32,000 nt of DNA from Candidatus Saccharimonadota bacterium. GTDB taxonomy: Archaea; Micrarchaeota; Micrarchaeia; Micrarchaeales; Micrarchaeaceae. How positions within the stretch are numbered: the stretch's first letter is position 1; each line of letters begins with the position of its first letter. Positions 17,484 through 26,343 of the stretch are shown in pieces. Location of the stretch: NCBI GenBank assembly GCA_021654395.1, contig AP024486.1:1-32000 (forward strand). Reading direction: 5' to 3'. A program made the position numbers and the translations under genes. The notes under the pieces are model-generated. The model was not told the origin of the DNA. It did no database searches and worked only from the letters and a program-made list of their open reading frames with translations.

Positions 17484-20400
17484 CTACTCTTATTTAGATA
17501 GTAATTTAATATTAATGCTACTGCTAGTAAAACTAATAAGATAATAACAGATACTTGACTATAGCTTATTGATAATCCACCATAGTAGGCCTCTATGGAT
17601 GTCTCAGATGGCTGTAGAGTATAGTTATACTCTAAAACTACTAGAAGATTACCCGATGTAACTATGTTGATATGCTGATTACTAGATGTAGGGAATGTTA
17701 TTATAGAAGGTGAGTAGCTGCCTCCACCATTGCTTACTATCTGATTTATTGTCTGATTTGCATATGGATTAGCTGCTATAACAATAGGCATCGGCTCTGG
17801 CGGATTATTACCATAGTACTTTACAATAACAGAAGTTTCACCATTTCCGCATATAGTTATTGGACCTGCTGAAAAGTTACCTAATGTATTTGAGCTACTG
17901 CTCGTTGTAACTATATCTGCTAGGCCTAGCTGTGGCGTTAAGATACCAGTTCCATTCTGGAACTGTGGATCACAGTAAAGCATCTCTCCATTCTGTGCCT
18001 CTGCTATTGGTAAGTTGTAATATCCAAATACGTTACAGTTATAAACCTTCTTCTGTAATAGATAGCCAGCTGGCTTAGAGCATTCATTAGATATACTGTT
18101 AAATGCTGGCTGATATGTAATGTATTTTGCCTCTTCAATTCCGGTCTGATTATAAGATACGCTAGCAGATTTAAGATCCCCGCTATATGTTATTGTCTCT
18201 AAGGGATTTGCAACAGGACATCTTCCAGCGAGGCTGCCAAATGCACATTCTGTAACATATTGAGCATAATCTTGTGGATCAGAGTAAGGTGTTACTATGC
18301 TATTATAATAGTTTATATCTTGTCCTATATATACATATACTGGAGCATTACCTACGCCGCTGCACTGCGTTAATCCACTACCGAAGCATTGATATAGCTG
18401 ACCACTAACATATAAGTCTGTTTGATTCGTATTTGCTGAATCTATTATAGAATTTACTGAGACTGCAAGATAGGTATAGTTTGCGAAGTCAACTGACATT
18501 GGAGCATATAACGTATTATTAAAGTAGTCAAAGAAGTTATAATCTAACCTATTAAATCCATATAGCGGCTTTAAGGTGTAAGCTCCTCCAGGATTATTAA
18601 ACTGCTCTGTCTGCTGATACAGATAAGTTACAATCTTATAGACTGTTGGAAGTGCAAAGGATGCAATTCCTGGAGAGTGTATAGCATTTACTGTAAGAGT
18701 TACTAGACTTGGATTACTATATATATCTGCAGGAGGTATGCTATAGTATCCAGCATCAGTCTGCAATGTAGTTATCGGAGGATGTTGATTAACAACCTCA
18801 TGTGCGTACTGGGGAATCTCAGTAGAGCCAACTTGCTGTGCGTAAGTAACTTGAGTGTATGTTGCATTACTATATGCAAATAATGGGAATGGTATGATTA
18901 GCTTTGTATAAGGATTCTCATAAGATGAGTTCTCAGTAAGATTTACGAAATACTCTCCCAGTATTCTTCCAGTATATATGTTAAATATCATAGCTGGTGG
19001 CATTATTGTCTGATTATCGTAAAGACTTGCATTATAGAACAGGTTAGTAAGATCGTTCTTGATATATACTGTATCTGCTTGTACCTGATCTACAACCTTA
19101 TTAGATAAGAATGGGAATGCAGCATATGAAACCACATTTTCATATGATGAACCTTGTGGATTTAGAGTTGGTTTACATTGACCTGATTCTAGCTCACCAA
19201 CGCTGCATGTAGGCTTTGATGGCTTACAGCATTTAGCGTTACTTTCAGAAGTAGAGTCAGGCACTATTGAACTCTGTACTACAGTTATTCTATACTTTGT
19301 GTTATAGCTATAGTTATAAAATACATATATCTGGCCATCTATCTGTGAACTTAGATTCTCATAAGAGTTTAGAGAAGATACTGTAGATACCTGCTGCGAG
19401 GATGATGTATAGCATGTTGGTGTTAGCCCGCTACTTCCACTGCTAGATGTACTGCTGCATTCTACTGCAGCTGTAGAGCCAGATGATGATGGGCATATAA
19501 TGTTCGCTGATCCGCTACTTGATATTTGACATAATGGAACTGCACATGTCGGTATATAGTTACCAGGTGTTGGATTACTTGGATTCTCTATACAAGAAGG
19601 CACAGGTATAACAGTTCCGGAGCTAGATGAATAAGTAGCACTACATGTAGGAGCAGAAATTTGGCCTTGGCTATTTACGCATTCTATCTGACCATAAGGG
19701 GTACATTCTAGCTGATCTCCTGATGGGCATTGAGGTAATAATTGTTTATAATTGCTGCAGTATGCAAATGCACTTGAGACTACCTGACCATTCGATTCAC
19801 ATACTACCTCTGCACTACCAGACTGTGAACCGCTACTTCCTCCTGCTGGTGCACACGAAGAGCTACCAGCTGGGCATATGCTAGCTAAACCTGCACCTAG
19901 TGAAAGATATCTTAATGGAGTACTTTGTGATAGTGCATACGATGATGCGGAAGTTTCAACTGTTATAGGACCGTATAGCTGAGAAAGGATATAGTATGGG
20001 GCTTTTGTGTTTGTATCTGTCTCTCCTTCTCCAGAGCTACAGCTTTGTTCATCTACGGATGTATTTAAGTAACATATATAATTGCTATTTACTGGTTTAC
20101 TGTATTGGACTATTGTATAGTTATAGGGCAATGGATCAAACTGCACTAACTCAGTATATGGCGTCTTTGCTACATCAACATGAGCAAGTAGCAAAGCGCT
20201 TCCATTTGACTCTACAGCAAAGCCATAGGGCAGACCAGTTATCACTTGTGCTACTGTATGAAGAGACTTTGGTAGAGTTCCGAATATATTTATATTTACA
20301 CCTGTAATCTGTAATCCAGCAGAATTTGGTACAGCAGTCTGCGGGAATGGATTAGCAGATATTGCTGGACCAATTGGTAAGAATCCATTGGTATTTGTAT

Positions 20401-23374
20401 TTGCTGGTGTGTATTCACACTGCGATATACAGAAAGTATAGTACTTTGTATTACCATTACTTAGAGTTACTGATATATTTGCACTTAACGGCCATCCGTA
20501 TGGAGGATAACCTAATGAGAAGTTGACTCCAGACCCTATAAAGGCATTTCCAGGTACTATATCATCTACGCCAAATCCGTTTATTGGCAGCTCTGCAGAT
20601 CCATTTGAAGTTAGCTCTCTTAACATTAGTATTGACCCTTGTACTCCGCATCCACTAAAGTTCCATAGATCTAATACATATAGTATGCCTTCATAAGAGC
20701 CATATCCTAAAACATGATGGTATCCGCTATTATCTGGTAGATAGCAGTCGCTCTGAACTGGTATCTTAACGCCGTATAGGCCACCATTTGCCAAGTATGC
20801 ACTTATATTTAGATCATATATTGTCTCTTTAGTTGAACCACTTAATGTCGATACTGTGGTGGATTGAGAATAGTTTAGATTAAATATTCCTGAGACTGTC
20901 TGCAGCTCGTTGTTTATTATTGTTATATTGCTATTAAAGTAGTTAGATGCATATGAATATGTGCCATCAGGGCTTAATGATAGAAGTGTAACTGGGCATT
21001 CATTACCTTCTAAGCTTAGACCTATTGTATTTGCAACTCCTTGATATACGCTATTGCAGCTCTGCTGAAATGTTATATCTGCTGCACTTGTATGACTATT
21101 TATTCCACCCTTTATAAATACAACAGCTGCGCTACCTCCATTCGGGCCATTCTGGTATCCACCTAACGCTATATCTCCTGCGTAATCTGAAGTCATTACT
21201 AGTGGTTTAAAGTTCTTTATATTACCAATTGAATCTATAATCCAGTTAGATAATCCAAACCATGATGAATGTGTAGAACCCACTAAAGCAGTAGAGAGTA
21301 TATAATAGCCAGAAAGCTGATCTATGAATGAATCGTTTATGTACTGTGCGAAGTTCTGTCTAAACTGCTGTAACAGAGTATTTGCACTCGTCTCTCCAGA
21401 AAGTGGAGGTACTGCTACTTCAAATGGGTTATTAGAATTGTTGAACATACCGCTCTGTACTTGCTTTATGTAATAAAGATAGTAATTAGTGCTACCAAAT
21501 CCAAATAGTCCAGACGATGTTGTATTTAATGCAAGTATATATCCTGCCGGAGATGCATATGCAGATATAGGGTTATGGATTATTAATGAATACAACTCTA
21601 TGTTATTACTTTTATATACTTCCGGTTGAATTGTAGGTGGACCTCTGATATTATCGCTAGAGCTGCCCCCAAATGGTGGTGGTGGAGATCCAGGGCCTAT
21701 TGGATCTAAGAATGCCATACTAGTAAAGTTGAAACCAGAGACATTTCCAGATAGTATGCTTATTGGTATAGTCGTTAGATTGTTATTTAGATTTCCTATT
21801 ACAGCTCCAACTCCTGAGCTGAGATTTATAGGATCTATTGGTAGCTTACCTGCGGGATTTTGACCAAATAGATCCGCTGCTCCGTATATAGAATAGCTTT
21901 CATTTAGATTAACCTTAGAATTACTAAGATATGTTTGTATTATTGGAGCACCATAGTTATAAGTTATATTTGGATAATATGTTGCGTTTGTCTCATTCTG
22001 TATAGTAGTGGCTTGCATAGCTACATAGTTACATCCTTTAGTGTAGAAGTTAGCGCTAGTTGAACAGAATATGAAGAGTATATTTCCTGGTGCACTACCC
22101 TCCTCAACTGCTCCAGGAGTACTTCCTTTATCTTGTGAAGTACCTTGTAGATGCGTAAATACCTTTGCTATATGATATCCAGAAGTTATTCCAGTACTTG
22201 GATTTGGATTTAATATATAAACTGCTGCATAACCTGGCAGTAATGAGTATTGGCCTACGCACTTACCAGCTCCAAATAGATTTTCCAACTGTGTTAAGAA
22301 TCCGCCACCTTCGCCTGCAAGCTGATCTGCACATTGTCCTATAGTTACATGCCTCAATGGACCAAATATAATACCCTGGTAGTAAGAGTAGTTGTAGCTA
22401 TTTATATTACTCTCAAAGCTGCTATTTACTATAGGTACAGTTCCGTTAACGTTATGTAATCCACCTATCCCTACTGTTGATTGATAATTATATATAACTC
22501 CACAAGACCAGCTCTCAGTATTAGAACATGGATCTACACAGATGCCGTTAACGTAAGCTAAGCATCCAGGACATGTAGTGCTGCATTCAACAGTAATAGA
22601 TATGTCATTAAATGTACTTGTTGTAGTTTGCAGCGTATTAGATACTGCACCAAAGTTCGCATAGGCAGCATACCATTCCCATATGCCGTACTGCGGTACT
22701 GTAGGTATCGGCTGATATACAAGGCTTCTCGTACTATAACCGTTAGATATATTGAAGTTTGTACCTATCTGAGCTTCTTCAGCATACCCTAGATTTATTA
22801 CACCTGCATACTGTGGAGACGGGCCTACTTGAATTACTGCTGGATTTCCATTACCATAATCATAAACCAGATCTCCTCCGGCAAGTAGGTTGTATATTGC
22901 TAATCTATTAAATTCAGTGTAAGCATAAGTAGACGAAGACCAGTATGTATTGAAAGTTGCATTCCACCATGTAGTAAACTTAAGGTTACTAGGCAACAGA
23001 CACAAGTTACCTATTGCGAACTCATTTCCTGGCAAGTAGTAATAAAGCGTTTGTATAGTAGAGGGCTCAAATGGGCATGTAATAAGGTAGTTATTATTAT
23101 TTAGATTATACTTTATAGTATTACTTACTACTGGAAAATTAGATTGTTGCTGTACTATCTCATTAGATGATCCAGTATCTGTAATCTCTGTCTGAACTGA
23201 GCAGTTTACATACTGCGTGCCTTGAGCGCCACTTAGAGGAGTAGCAGATACTCCACCAAAGCACTTATAAGAGCTAGATATAGATTTCGAGCTACTTATA
23301 TTTGTTACATATATTAGAGTTAGCAGTAAAGTAATAGACAGTAATGTAAACTTAATACAGTATTTACAAGCCAT
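17480..23374 (-). CDS. Giant secreted, C-terminally membrane-anchored surface (glyco)protein, S-layer/adhesin-like (1964 aa from the corrected start)
   Basis: Signal-peptide-like N-terminus MACKYCIKFTLLSITLLLTLIYVTNISSS, from the ATG at 23372-23374. C-terminal TM plus a basic tail (VSVIILLVLLAVALILNYYLNKSR). Dozens of N-x-S/T sequons, many Cys, very few K/R/D/E. The first 27 codons of the track ORF overlap tRNA-Lys and were trimmed. Confidence 0.8.
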   Translation of the reverse strand: MACKYCIKFTLLSITLLLTLIYVTNISSSKSISSSYKCFGGVSATPLSGAQGTQYVNCSVQTEITDTGSSNEIVQQQSNFPVVSNTIKYNLNNNNYLITCPFEPSTIQTLYYYLPGNEFAIGNLCLLPSNLKFTTWWNATFNTYWSSSTYAYTEFNRLAIYNLLAGGDLVYDYGNGNPAVIQVGPSPQYAGVINLGYAEEAQIGTNFNISNGYSTRSLVYQPIPTVPQYGIWEWYAAYANFGAVSNTLQTTTSTFNDISITVECSTTCPGCLAYVNGICVDPCSNTESWSCGVIYNYQSTVGIGGLHNVNGTVPIVNSSFESNINSYNYSYYQGIIFGPLRHVTIGQCADQLAGEGGGFLTQLENLFGAGKCVGQYSLLPGYAAVYILNPNPSTGITSGYHIAKVFTHLQGTSQDKGSTPGAVEEGSAPGNILFIFCSTSANFYTKGCNYVAMQATTIQNETNATYYPNITYNYGAPIIQTYLSNSKVNLNESYSIYGAADLFGQNPAGKLPIDPINLSSGVGAVIGNLNNNLTTIPISILSGNVSGFNFTSMAFLDPIGPGSPPPPFGGSSSDNIRGPPTIQPEVYKSNNIELYSLIIHNPISAYASPAGYILALNTTSSGLFGFGSTNYYLYYIKQVQSGMFNNSNNPFEVAVPPLSGETSANTLLQQFRQNFAQYINDSFIDQLSGYYILSTALVGSTHSSWFGLSNWIIDSIGNIKNFKPLVMTSDYAGDIALGGYQNGPNGGSAAVVFIKGGINSHTSAADITFQQSCNSVYQGVANTIGLSLEGNECPVTLLSLSPDGTYSYASNYFNSNITIINNELQTVSGIFNLNYSQSTTVSTLSGSTKETIYDLNISAYLANGGLYGVKIPVQSDCYLPDNSGYHHVLGYGSYEGILYVLDLWNFSGCGVQGSILMLRELTSNGSAELPINGFGVDDIVPGNAFIGSGVNFSLGYPPYGWPLSANISVTLSNGNTKYYTFCISQCEYTPANTNTNGFLPIGPAISANPFPQTAVPNSAGLQITGVNINIFGTLPKSLHTVAQVITGLPYGFAVESNGSALLLAHVDVAKTPYTELVQFDPLPYNYTIVQYSKPVNSNYICYLNTSVDEQSCSSGEGETDTNTKAPYYILSQLYGPITVETSASSYALSQSTPLRYLSLGAGLASICPAGSSSCAPAGGSSGSQSGSAEVVCESNGQVVSSAFAYCSNYKQLLPQCPSGDQLECTPYGQIECVNSQGQISAPTCSATYSSSSGTVIPVPSCIENPSNPTPGNYIPTCAVPLCQISSSGSANIICPSSSGSTAAVECSSTSSSGSSGLTPTCYTSSSQQVSTVSSLNSYENLSSQIDGQIYVFYNYSYNTKYRITVVQSSIVPDSTSESNAKCCKPSKPTCSVGELESGQCKPTLNPQGSSYENVVSYAAFPFLSNKVVDQVQADTVYIKNDLTNLFYNASLYDNQTIMPPAMIFNIYTGRILGEYFVNLTENSSYENPYTKLIIPFPLFAYSNATYTQVTYAQQVGSTEIPQYAHEVVNQHPPITTLQTDAGYYSIPPADIYSNPSLVTLTVNAIHSPGIASFALPTVYKIVTYLYQQTEQFNNPGGAYTLKPLYGFNRLDYNFFDYFNNTLYAPMSVDFANYTYLAVSVNSIIDSANTNQTDLYVSGQLYQCFGSGLTQCSGVGNAPVYVYIGQDINYYNSIVTPYSDPQDYAQYVTECAFGSLAGRCPVANPLETITYSGDLKSASVSYNQTGIEEAKYITYQPAFNSISNECSKPAGYLLQKKVYNCNVFGYYNLPIAEAQNGEMLYCDPQFQNGTGILTPQLGLADIVTTSSSSNTLGNFSAGPITICGNGETSVIVKYYGNNPPEPMPIVIAANPYANQTINQIVSNGGGSYSPSIITFPTSSNQHINIVTSGNLLVVLEYNYTLQPSETSIEAYYGGLSISYSQVSVIILLVLLAVALILNYYLNKSR

Positions 23375-23430
23375 TATATATCTAGTTATCTTAAGAAGTT
23401 CAAATATATATAATTTACGTATAGATACAG

Positions 23431-23504
23431 CGGATCCGGTGGGATTTGAACCCACGACCTACGGGTTAAAAGCCCGCCGCTCTGCCAAACTGAGCTACGG
23501 ATCC
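23431..23504 (-). tRNA. tRNA-Lys (anticodon UUU)
   Basis: Hand fold: GGAUCCG-UA-GCUC-AGUUUGGCA-GAGC-G-GCGGG-CUUUUAA-CCCGU-AGGUC-GUGGG-UUCAAAU-CCCAC-CGGAUCC-G. All stems pair, with one G:U at 27:43. Confidence 0.93.
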
Positions 23505-23590
23505 TTAGTATATAACTGATTAGAAAGATTAATTTAAATAAATTTAATGAGTCAGAGATATGTCTAACTCAAGTCTATGCTTTATATTAT

Positions 23591-23600
23591 TTTATATTTA
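23591..23600 (+). promoter_or_regulatory. TATA-like box TTTATATTTA, 27 nt upstream of the ubiD ATG
   Basis: Spacing relative to the ATG at 23618. Confidence 0.3.
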
Positions 23601-23617
23601 TATCTTAATTTGATACT

Positions 23618-25015
23618 ATGAAAGTCATACTTACTTTTAGAGATTTTTTAAAGTATCTTAATTATAAGAAGAGATTAACTTATATTAATGATGAGATAGA
23701 TCCGGAGCTAGAGATAGCTTGCATAACTGATATAGAGAGCAGAGAGCATAAAGACAACGCTAGCTCTTTATACTTCAATAATGTTAAAGGTTATAAGCAT
23801 AGCGTTGTTACGAATCTTTTTGGCAGTATTCAAAGCTTAAGAGAGCTCTTTGATGATAGAATTAAGCTATTTAGTAAGATACTAAATCCTTATAGCCTAA
23901 AGCTATCTGATAAGCTGAATATCCTCAATAGAGCTTTAAAATTAAAGAAGAGGATTATAGAGTTTAATCAGAATACATACACAGAGCTAAAGTCTATATA
24001 TGATATTCCGGTATTGAAGCTATGGCCAAAGGATGCATCAAGATTTATAACCTTGCCTCTAGTTATAACAGAGGGCTCTGATATTAGTAACATGGGCATA
24101 TATAGGATGCAGGTATTAGATGATAGAGCAACTGCTATGCATTGGCAGATTCTAAAAGGAGGAAGATCTGATAGCTATGATAAGAAAGAGCTTAATGTAA
24201 CTGCAGTCATAGGTAGTGATCCATACGCTATCCTAACTGGGGCATTTCCTTTACCAGATTCTATAGATGAGCTTCTCTTTTACAGCTTTATTAAAGGTGA
24301 TAACAGGCTATTAAGATATAAGAGCTATCCATTATTTCCAATAGAGCCAGAGATTGTGATATTTGGAAAAGTCTATACAGATAATCTAGTTTATGAAGGG
24401 CCTTTTGGGGATCATACTGGCTATTATGATAGAAAGGAGCTTTATCCAGTATTCTCAATAGATCATATATTTGCTAAGAGAGACTTCATATATGCTGCTT
24501 CTGTGGTTGGACACTATTATAATGAAGACTCTAATATAGCAAGCTATATAGCAGATGCTAGCTTACCAGTTATAAGGCTGCTTAATGAATCTATAAAGGA
24601 CCTGTATATGCCACCGGAGGGAGTATTTACAGGAGTAGCGATAGTATCTATAGAGAAAAGACTGCCTGGGGATGCTATGAGAGCAGCATTTAGCATACTA
24701 GGCTTTGGGCAGCTATCATTAACTAAGATAGTAATTGTAGTTGATAGCGATATAGATATAAGAGATGAGAAAGCAGTTATATGGGCTATAGCTACTAGAG
24801 TAAATCCATCGAGAGATGTAAAGGTAATAGATGAAACCATAACTGACTCATTAGATCCGTTAAAGCTTTCTACAGGTATAGGATCTAAGCTTATCATAGA
24901 TGCTACAAAGAAAGGCAAGGCCGAAGGCTATATGGATGATTTCCCAGAAGTAATAAGCTATGATGATGAGATCTATAAGAGGATGATTAAGATATGGAGA
25001 TCTTTAAACTCCTAA
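23618..25015 (+). CDS. ubiD: UbiD-family (prFMN-dependent) decarboxylase
   Basis: UbiD blocks GIYRMQVLDDRATAMHWQILKGG, EGPFGDHTGYY and GQLSLTKIVIVVDSDIDIRDEKAVIWAIATRVNPSRD. Confidence 0.88.
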   Translation: MKVILTFRDFLKYLNYKKRLTYINDEIDPELEIACITDIESREHKDNASSLYFNNVKGYKHSVVTNLFGSIQSLRELFDDRIKLFSKILNPYSLKLSDKLNILNRALKLKKRIIEFNQNTYTELKSIYDIPVLKLWPKDASRFITLPLVITEGSDISNMGIYRMQVLDDRATAMHWQILKGGRSDSYDKKELNVTAVIGSDPYAILTGAFPLPDSIDELLFYSFIKGDNRLLRYKSYPLFPIEPEIVIFGKVYTDNLVYEGPFGDHTGYYDRKELYPVFSIDHIFAKRDFIYAASVVGHYYNEDSNIASYIADASLPVIRLLNESIKDLYMPPEGVFTGVAIVSIEKRLPGDAMRAAFSILGFGQLSLTKIVIVVDSDIDIRDEKAVIWAIATRVNPSRDVKVIDETITDSLDPLKLSTGIGSKLIIDATKKGKAEGYMDDFPEVISYDDEIYKRMIKIWRSLNS

Positions 25016-25836
25016 AGGATATAGCAGATCTAATAAGAGCTAGAGCCACTATATTCTCTTTAACATTTACGCTTATTGGAAGTATGCTATTATACATTCC
25101 ATCTTTATATAAGCTGATTCTTATATCTATAGCGCTATTTACATTAAGGGCTGCTGCGATGAGCTTTAATAGATACTTTGGAAGCGATTATGATAAGCTC
25201 AATCCTCTAAAGAGAGATGCAGCGAATGTTAAAGTATTCTCAAAGAATCAGATCTTAATTATATTCTTTATATTCTCTATAGTATTTATAGCTGTTTCTT
25301 ATTTTCTAAATCTGCTAGCATTTGTGCTATCATTTATAGCATTAGCTATAATGGTTATAGAGCCATATACAAAGATAGTATCAAAGCACAGGCATTTTTC
25401 AGTAGGCTTAATAATAGGACTGGGAATAATTGGTGGATATATAGGAGCTTATGGCAGATTTCCATTGCTGATTAGCATATATATTCTGCTAATAAGTTAT
25501 ATGCTATTTGCTGGTGCAAATGATATAATAGCTACTATAAATTACGGATACTTTGATAAGAAGATTGGGCTAAAGAGCTATGCTGCTACTATGAAAAGAG
25601 ATAAAGCACTAATGATTGCAAAGATAGCGCATAGCCTATTTCTAGCTCTTATGCTGATATTCGCATACTTATTAAGATCCTACTATATACTTATAGCTGA
25701 TGTGATATCCGCATCTTTAATAATAGAGGAGTATCTAGCATTAAGAAAAGGTGTAGATAATAATAAGATATTTATAAACTATAATGGCTTGATATCTATT
25801 TTATTTCTTATAGCTATGATAATTACAAAGATATAG
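24994..25836 (+). CDS. UbiA-superfamily-like polytopic membrane protein (putative prenyltransferase; Asp-rich motifs look degenerate)
   Basis: An 8-9 TM protein of UbiA size, directly coupled to ubiD by a 22-nt overlap. The motif-1 region reads FNRYFGSDYDKLNPLKRD rather than NDxxDxxxD. The motif-2 region reads NYGYFDKKIGLKS. Confidence 0.5.
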   Translation: MEIFKLLKDIADLIRARATIFSLTFTLIGSMLLYIPSLYKLILISIALFTLRAAAMSFNRYFGSDYDKLNPLKRDAANVKVFSKNQILIIFFIFSIVFIAVSYFLNLLAFVLSFIALAIMVIEPYTKIVSKHRHFSVGLIIGLGIIGGYIGAYGRFPLLISIYILLISYMLFAGANDIIATINYGYFDKKIGLKSYAATMKRDKALMIAKIAHSLFLALMLIFAYLLRSYYILIADVISASLIIEEYLALRKGVDNNKIFINYNGLISILFLIAMIITKI

Positions 25837-25891
25837 AACCAAAAAGCAAGCATTTAATAATATTATTGATTAAGTTTTATTAGGTGCTTTT

Positions 25892-26269
25892 ATGGCAGAT
25901 GAGAAAGGTTCAAAAGCGAATGAGGACGAAGAAGACGAGGAGGTAATAGATCTATTAAAAGATGAGGTAAAGAGTATGAAAGAGAGCATCGAGAAGTTAA
26001 CTGAGAATCTACAGAATGCTAAAGGTAAGATAGAGACATTTATAAGTAAAGCAGATGAGGATAGCTTGGCCGATATGGATAACGAGATAATAAACATGAC
26101 TAATACGATGGAGGAGCTTCTAACAATTGCTATAGACTATCTAGCAAAGACAGTAGCTGATAAGAATGAGTTAAAGGAGATAGAGGATAATGTTGCAGCG
26201 CTCAACGAGGCTTTGATGAAGCCTATAGAAGAAGTAAAGTCAGTATTAGAGGATCAGAACGAGGCATAA
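25892..26269 (+). CDS. Acidic coiled-coil protein (125 aa), function unknown
   Basis: Highly charged, with heptad-like stretches (EDEEDEEVIDLLKDEVKSMKESIEKLTENLQNAKGKIE.. and NELKEIEDNVAALNEALMKPIEEVKSVLE). The antisense ORF at 25870-26097 is low-complexity Ser-rich and is rejected. Confidence 0.5.
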   Translation: MADEKGSKANEDEEDEEVIDLLKDEVKSMKESIEKLTENLQNAKGKIETFISKADEDSLADMDNEIINMTNTMEELLTIAIDYLAKTVADKNELKEIEDNVAALNEALMKPIEEVKSVLEDQNEA

Positions 26270-26273
26270 CTGC

Positions 26274-26285
26274 TTTTTTTATTTT
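26274..26285 (+). terminator. Oligo-T tract (TTTTTTTATTTT) immediately after the coiled-coil gene
   Basis: A T7 run begins 5 nt after the stop codon. Archaeal RNA polymerase terminates at oligo-T tracts. Confidence 0.4.
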
Positions 26286-26343
26286 ATTCTAAGTCCTACT
26301 TAAGAAAATAATAATTATCTCTTTGCATATTAATTATCTTGTA

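Noticed and set aside
17480-23374. The giant gene as a horizontally acquired island on the basis of a higher GC impression.
   Set aside because: Sampled lines (23/60 and 28/60) fall in the same range as housekeeping genes (23/60 and 27/60). The enrichment is explained by Ser/Gly/Ala/Pro/Cys codon content. No integrase or flanking repeats were seen, although a tRNA is adjacent.
23375-23455. The first 27 codons of the track's 1991-aa ORF (MGSNPTGSAVSIRKLYIFELLKITRYI).
   Set aside because: This stretch overlaps the 3' half of tRNA-Lys (23431-23504); GSNPTGSA is the tRNA T-arm and acceptor read as protein. The next in-frame ATG (23372-23374) gives a proper signal-peptide-like N-terminus.
23549-23570. 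An imperfect inverted repeat, GAGTCAGA-GATATG-TCTAACTC, in the tRNA-Lys/ubiD intergenic region.
   Set aside because: Only 7 bp with one internal mismatch, no flanking T-tract and no second copy in the window. This is insufficient to call an operator or terminator.
25870-26097. A 75-aa minus-strand ORF overlapping the coiled-coil gene.
   Set aside because: It is Ser-rich low complexity generated by the complement of GAA/GAT/GAG-rich codons. The plus-strand ORF has a TATA-like box, a terminator and a protein-like sequence.
26323-26343. The TTG start for mcm used by the ORF track (MHINYLV...).
   Set aside because: An in-frame ATG 21 nt downstream (26344) lies at a better distance from the AT-rich box at 26305-26317. 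The extra seven residues have no counterpart in MCM N-termini that I recognise. This remains uncertain.
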